DNA from: Candidatus Nomurabacteria bacterium
GTDB lineage: Bacteria > Patescibacteriota > Minisyncoccia > Phycocordibacterales > UBA9973
Reading direction: 5' to 3'
Assembly: GCA_943359365.1 (NCBI GenBank)
Contig: CALRHG010000001.1
Location: forward strand, 1 to 62,813
Length of the DNA: 62,813 bases
The notes beneath the pieces were generated by a model. That model had not been told where the DNA came from, searched no databases, and saw only the letters and a program-made list of their open reading frames with translations. This document shows positions 61,549-62,813 of this stretch, one piece after another. The translations under genes were made by a program, and so were the position numbers. How positions within the stretch are numbered: the stretch's first letter is position 1; each line of letters opens with the position of its first letter.

Positions 61549-62813
61549 ATGCAAAGTGAAACTAAAAAATGCCAAAATTGTAAAAATAATTTCGTCATCG
61601 AGCCGGATGATTTTGGATTTTATGAAAAGATTAAGGTGCCGGCGCCGACTTTTTGTCCGGAATGCCGACGGCAGCGGCGGAATGCTTGGCGAAATACTTT
61701 TACTTTGTATTCCCGAAAATGCGATTCTTGCGCGAAGTCTATTGTTTCTCTTTACGCCCCAGATTCCGGCATAACTATTTACTGCAACAAATGTTGGTGG
61801 AGCGATAAATGGGACGCGAAAAGTTTCGCGGTTGACTATGATTTTTCAAAACCATTTTTTACGCAGTTTCGGGAACTAGTAGGCAAGGTGCCGGTCATGT
61901 CTGTAGTAAATGACGACGGTATTGCCAGCGTGAATTGCGAGTATACTCAAGACTGGTGGTTCGCCAAGAATTGCTATATGTGTTTTTCCGGCTGGTATGT
62001 GGAAAATGTCATGTACAGTTTTTTCATACTCGCCGGCAAGGATATGATGGACTGCATGAATATCAGGACGAAAAGCGAATGGCTTTACGAGTGTTATATC
62101 ACAAGTTCATCGTATCAAGTTAAATATGCGCGATTTTGTTTAAATTGTTTGGATTCGCAATTTGTATACGATTGCTGGGATTGTAATAATTGTTTTATGT
62201 GTATGGGGCTGCGAAATAAAAAATATCATTTCCGGAACAAAGAATATTCAAAAGAAGAATATGAGAAGATTTTAAAAAGCTATCGGCTTGATACATTTTC
62301 CGGAACAGAAAAAGCTAAAAAAGAATATGAAGATTTTATTTTAAAATATCCGCGTAAATATTTACACAATTTTCGAAACACCGACAATGTCGTCGGGGAT
62401 GTCATTTCATATTGTAAAAATGTGAAAGACTGTTTTGTCGCCAAAGCTTCTGAAAACTGCAGATATTGCGATTTTATTGCCGATGACAAAGAATGCTACG
62501 ACATCGTGATGACGGGTGAGACTTCCGAGAGCTACGAATCGGCCACTATAGATCAATCCCAGCTCAATTTTTTCGGAGTTTTTTCGGTTAAAAATCAGGA
62601 TGTCAGGTACACCCAGCACTGCCATTCTTCGAAACATCTTTTCGGATGTGTGGGATTGCGCAATGCGAGCTATTGTATTTTTAATAAGCAGTACACCAAG
62701 GAAGAATACGAAGAATTAGTGCCGAAAATTATTGAGCAGATGAACAGCATTCCTTATAAAGACAAAATGGGAAATGTTTATAAATATGGAGAATTTTATC
62801 CGATAGAACTTTC
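61549..62813 (+). CDS. Cys-rich multi-zinc-ribbon protein, family member 4 (partial, runs off the window; absent from the ORF track)
   Basis: Manual translation gives MQSETKKCQNCKNNFVIEPDDFGFYEKIKVPAPTFCPECRRQRRNAWRN...CIFNKQYTKEEYEELVPKIIEQM.... It is open to base 62813 and collinear with members 1-3. Confidence 0.85.
   Translation, partial: MQSETKKCQNCKNNFVIEPDDFGFYEKIKVPAPTFCPECRRQRRNAWRNTFTLYSRKCDSCAKSIVSLYAPDSGITIYCNKCWWSDKWDAKSFAVDYDFSKPFFTQFRELVGKVPVMSVVNDDGIASVNCEYTQDWWFAKNCYMCFSGWYVENVMYSFFILAGKDMMDCMNIRTKSEWLYECYITSSSYQVKYARFCLNCLDSQFVYDCWDCNNCFMCMGLRNKKYHFRNKEYSKEEYEKILKSYRLDTFSGTEKAKKEYEDFILKYPRKYLHNFRNTDNVVGDVISYCKNVKDCFVAKASENCRYCDFIADDKECYDIVMTGETSESYESATIDQSQLNFFGVFSVKNQDVRYTQHCHSSKHLFGCVGLRNASYCIFNKQYTKEEYEELVPKIIEQMNSIPYKDKMGNVYKYGEFYPIEL

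Noticed and set aside
61556-61774. 72-aa plus-strand ORF from the track
   Set aside because: It is out of frame with the conserved N-terminal zinc-ribbon module of family member 4, which is open from 61549 to the window end.
1-62813. CRISPR arrays, rRNA, integrases, transposases, phage genes
   Set aside because: I found no regularly spaced direct repeats, no rRNA-like conserved blocks, and no recombinase or transposase motifs in any frame inspected.

Overview
Gene-dense, AT-rich bacterial chromosomal segment read with the standard genetic code. The backbone is housekeeping: infA-rpmJ-rpsM-rpsK-rpsD-rpoA-rplQ, rplM-rpsI, grpE, dnaK, dnaJ, alaS, cysS, trpS, aspS, mnmA, mltG, rsmE, recR, dnaB, scpAB, prs and a riboflavin cluster. 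A 546-aa AlaRS, a short archaeal-type AspRS, few Shine-Dalgarno sequences and anchor-less T4CP-like ATPases suggest a Patescibacteria/CPR-like organism; this is inference only. I recognised no rRNA, tRNA, CRISPR array, transposase or integrase. Main observations: (1) Four paralogous ~555-aa cysteine-rich proteins are bracketed by duplicated double zinc-ribbon modules. Each transcription unit is preceded by the same 28-bp four-hexamer palindrome, and one copy overlaps the end of an ABC exporter gene. I could not assign the family to any named one. (2) An E. coli-style tryptophan control region lies after trpS and a TrpR-like gene. It has a promoter overlapped by a GTACTAGTAC palindrome, a leader peptide with tandem Trp codons and a four-segment attenuator, followed by a short trpC-like gene, trpE and trpG. 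(3) At least a dozen genes have a -10-like hexamer ending 6-8 nt before the ATG with no SD, implying leaderless mRNAs. (4) GC-rich nested palindromic elements occur in-frame in mnmA and in a regulator gene. (5) A zinc-ribbon ORF plus a small RelA/SpoT-type synthetase looks like a toxSAS toxin-antitoxin pair. (6) Several conserved non-coding repeats and orphan promoter/terminator units are present. All function calls rest on motifs read by eye; no database search was run.
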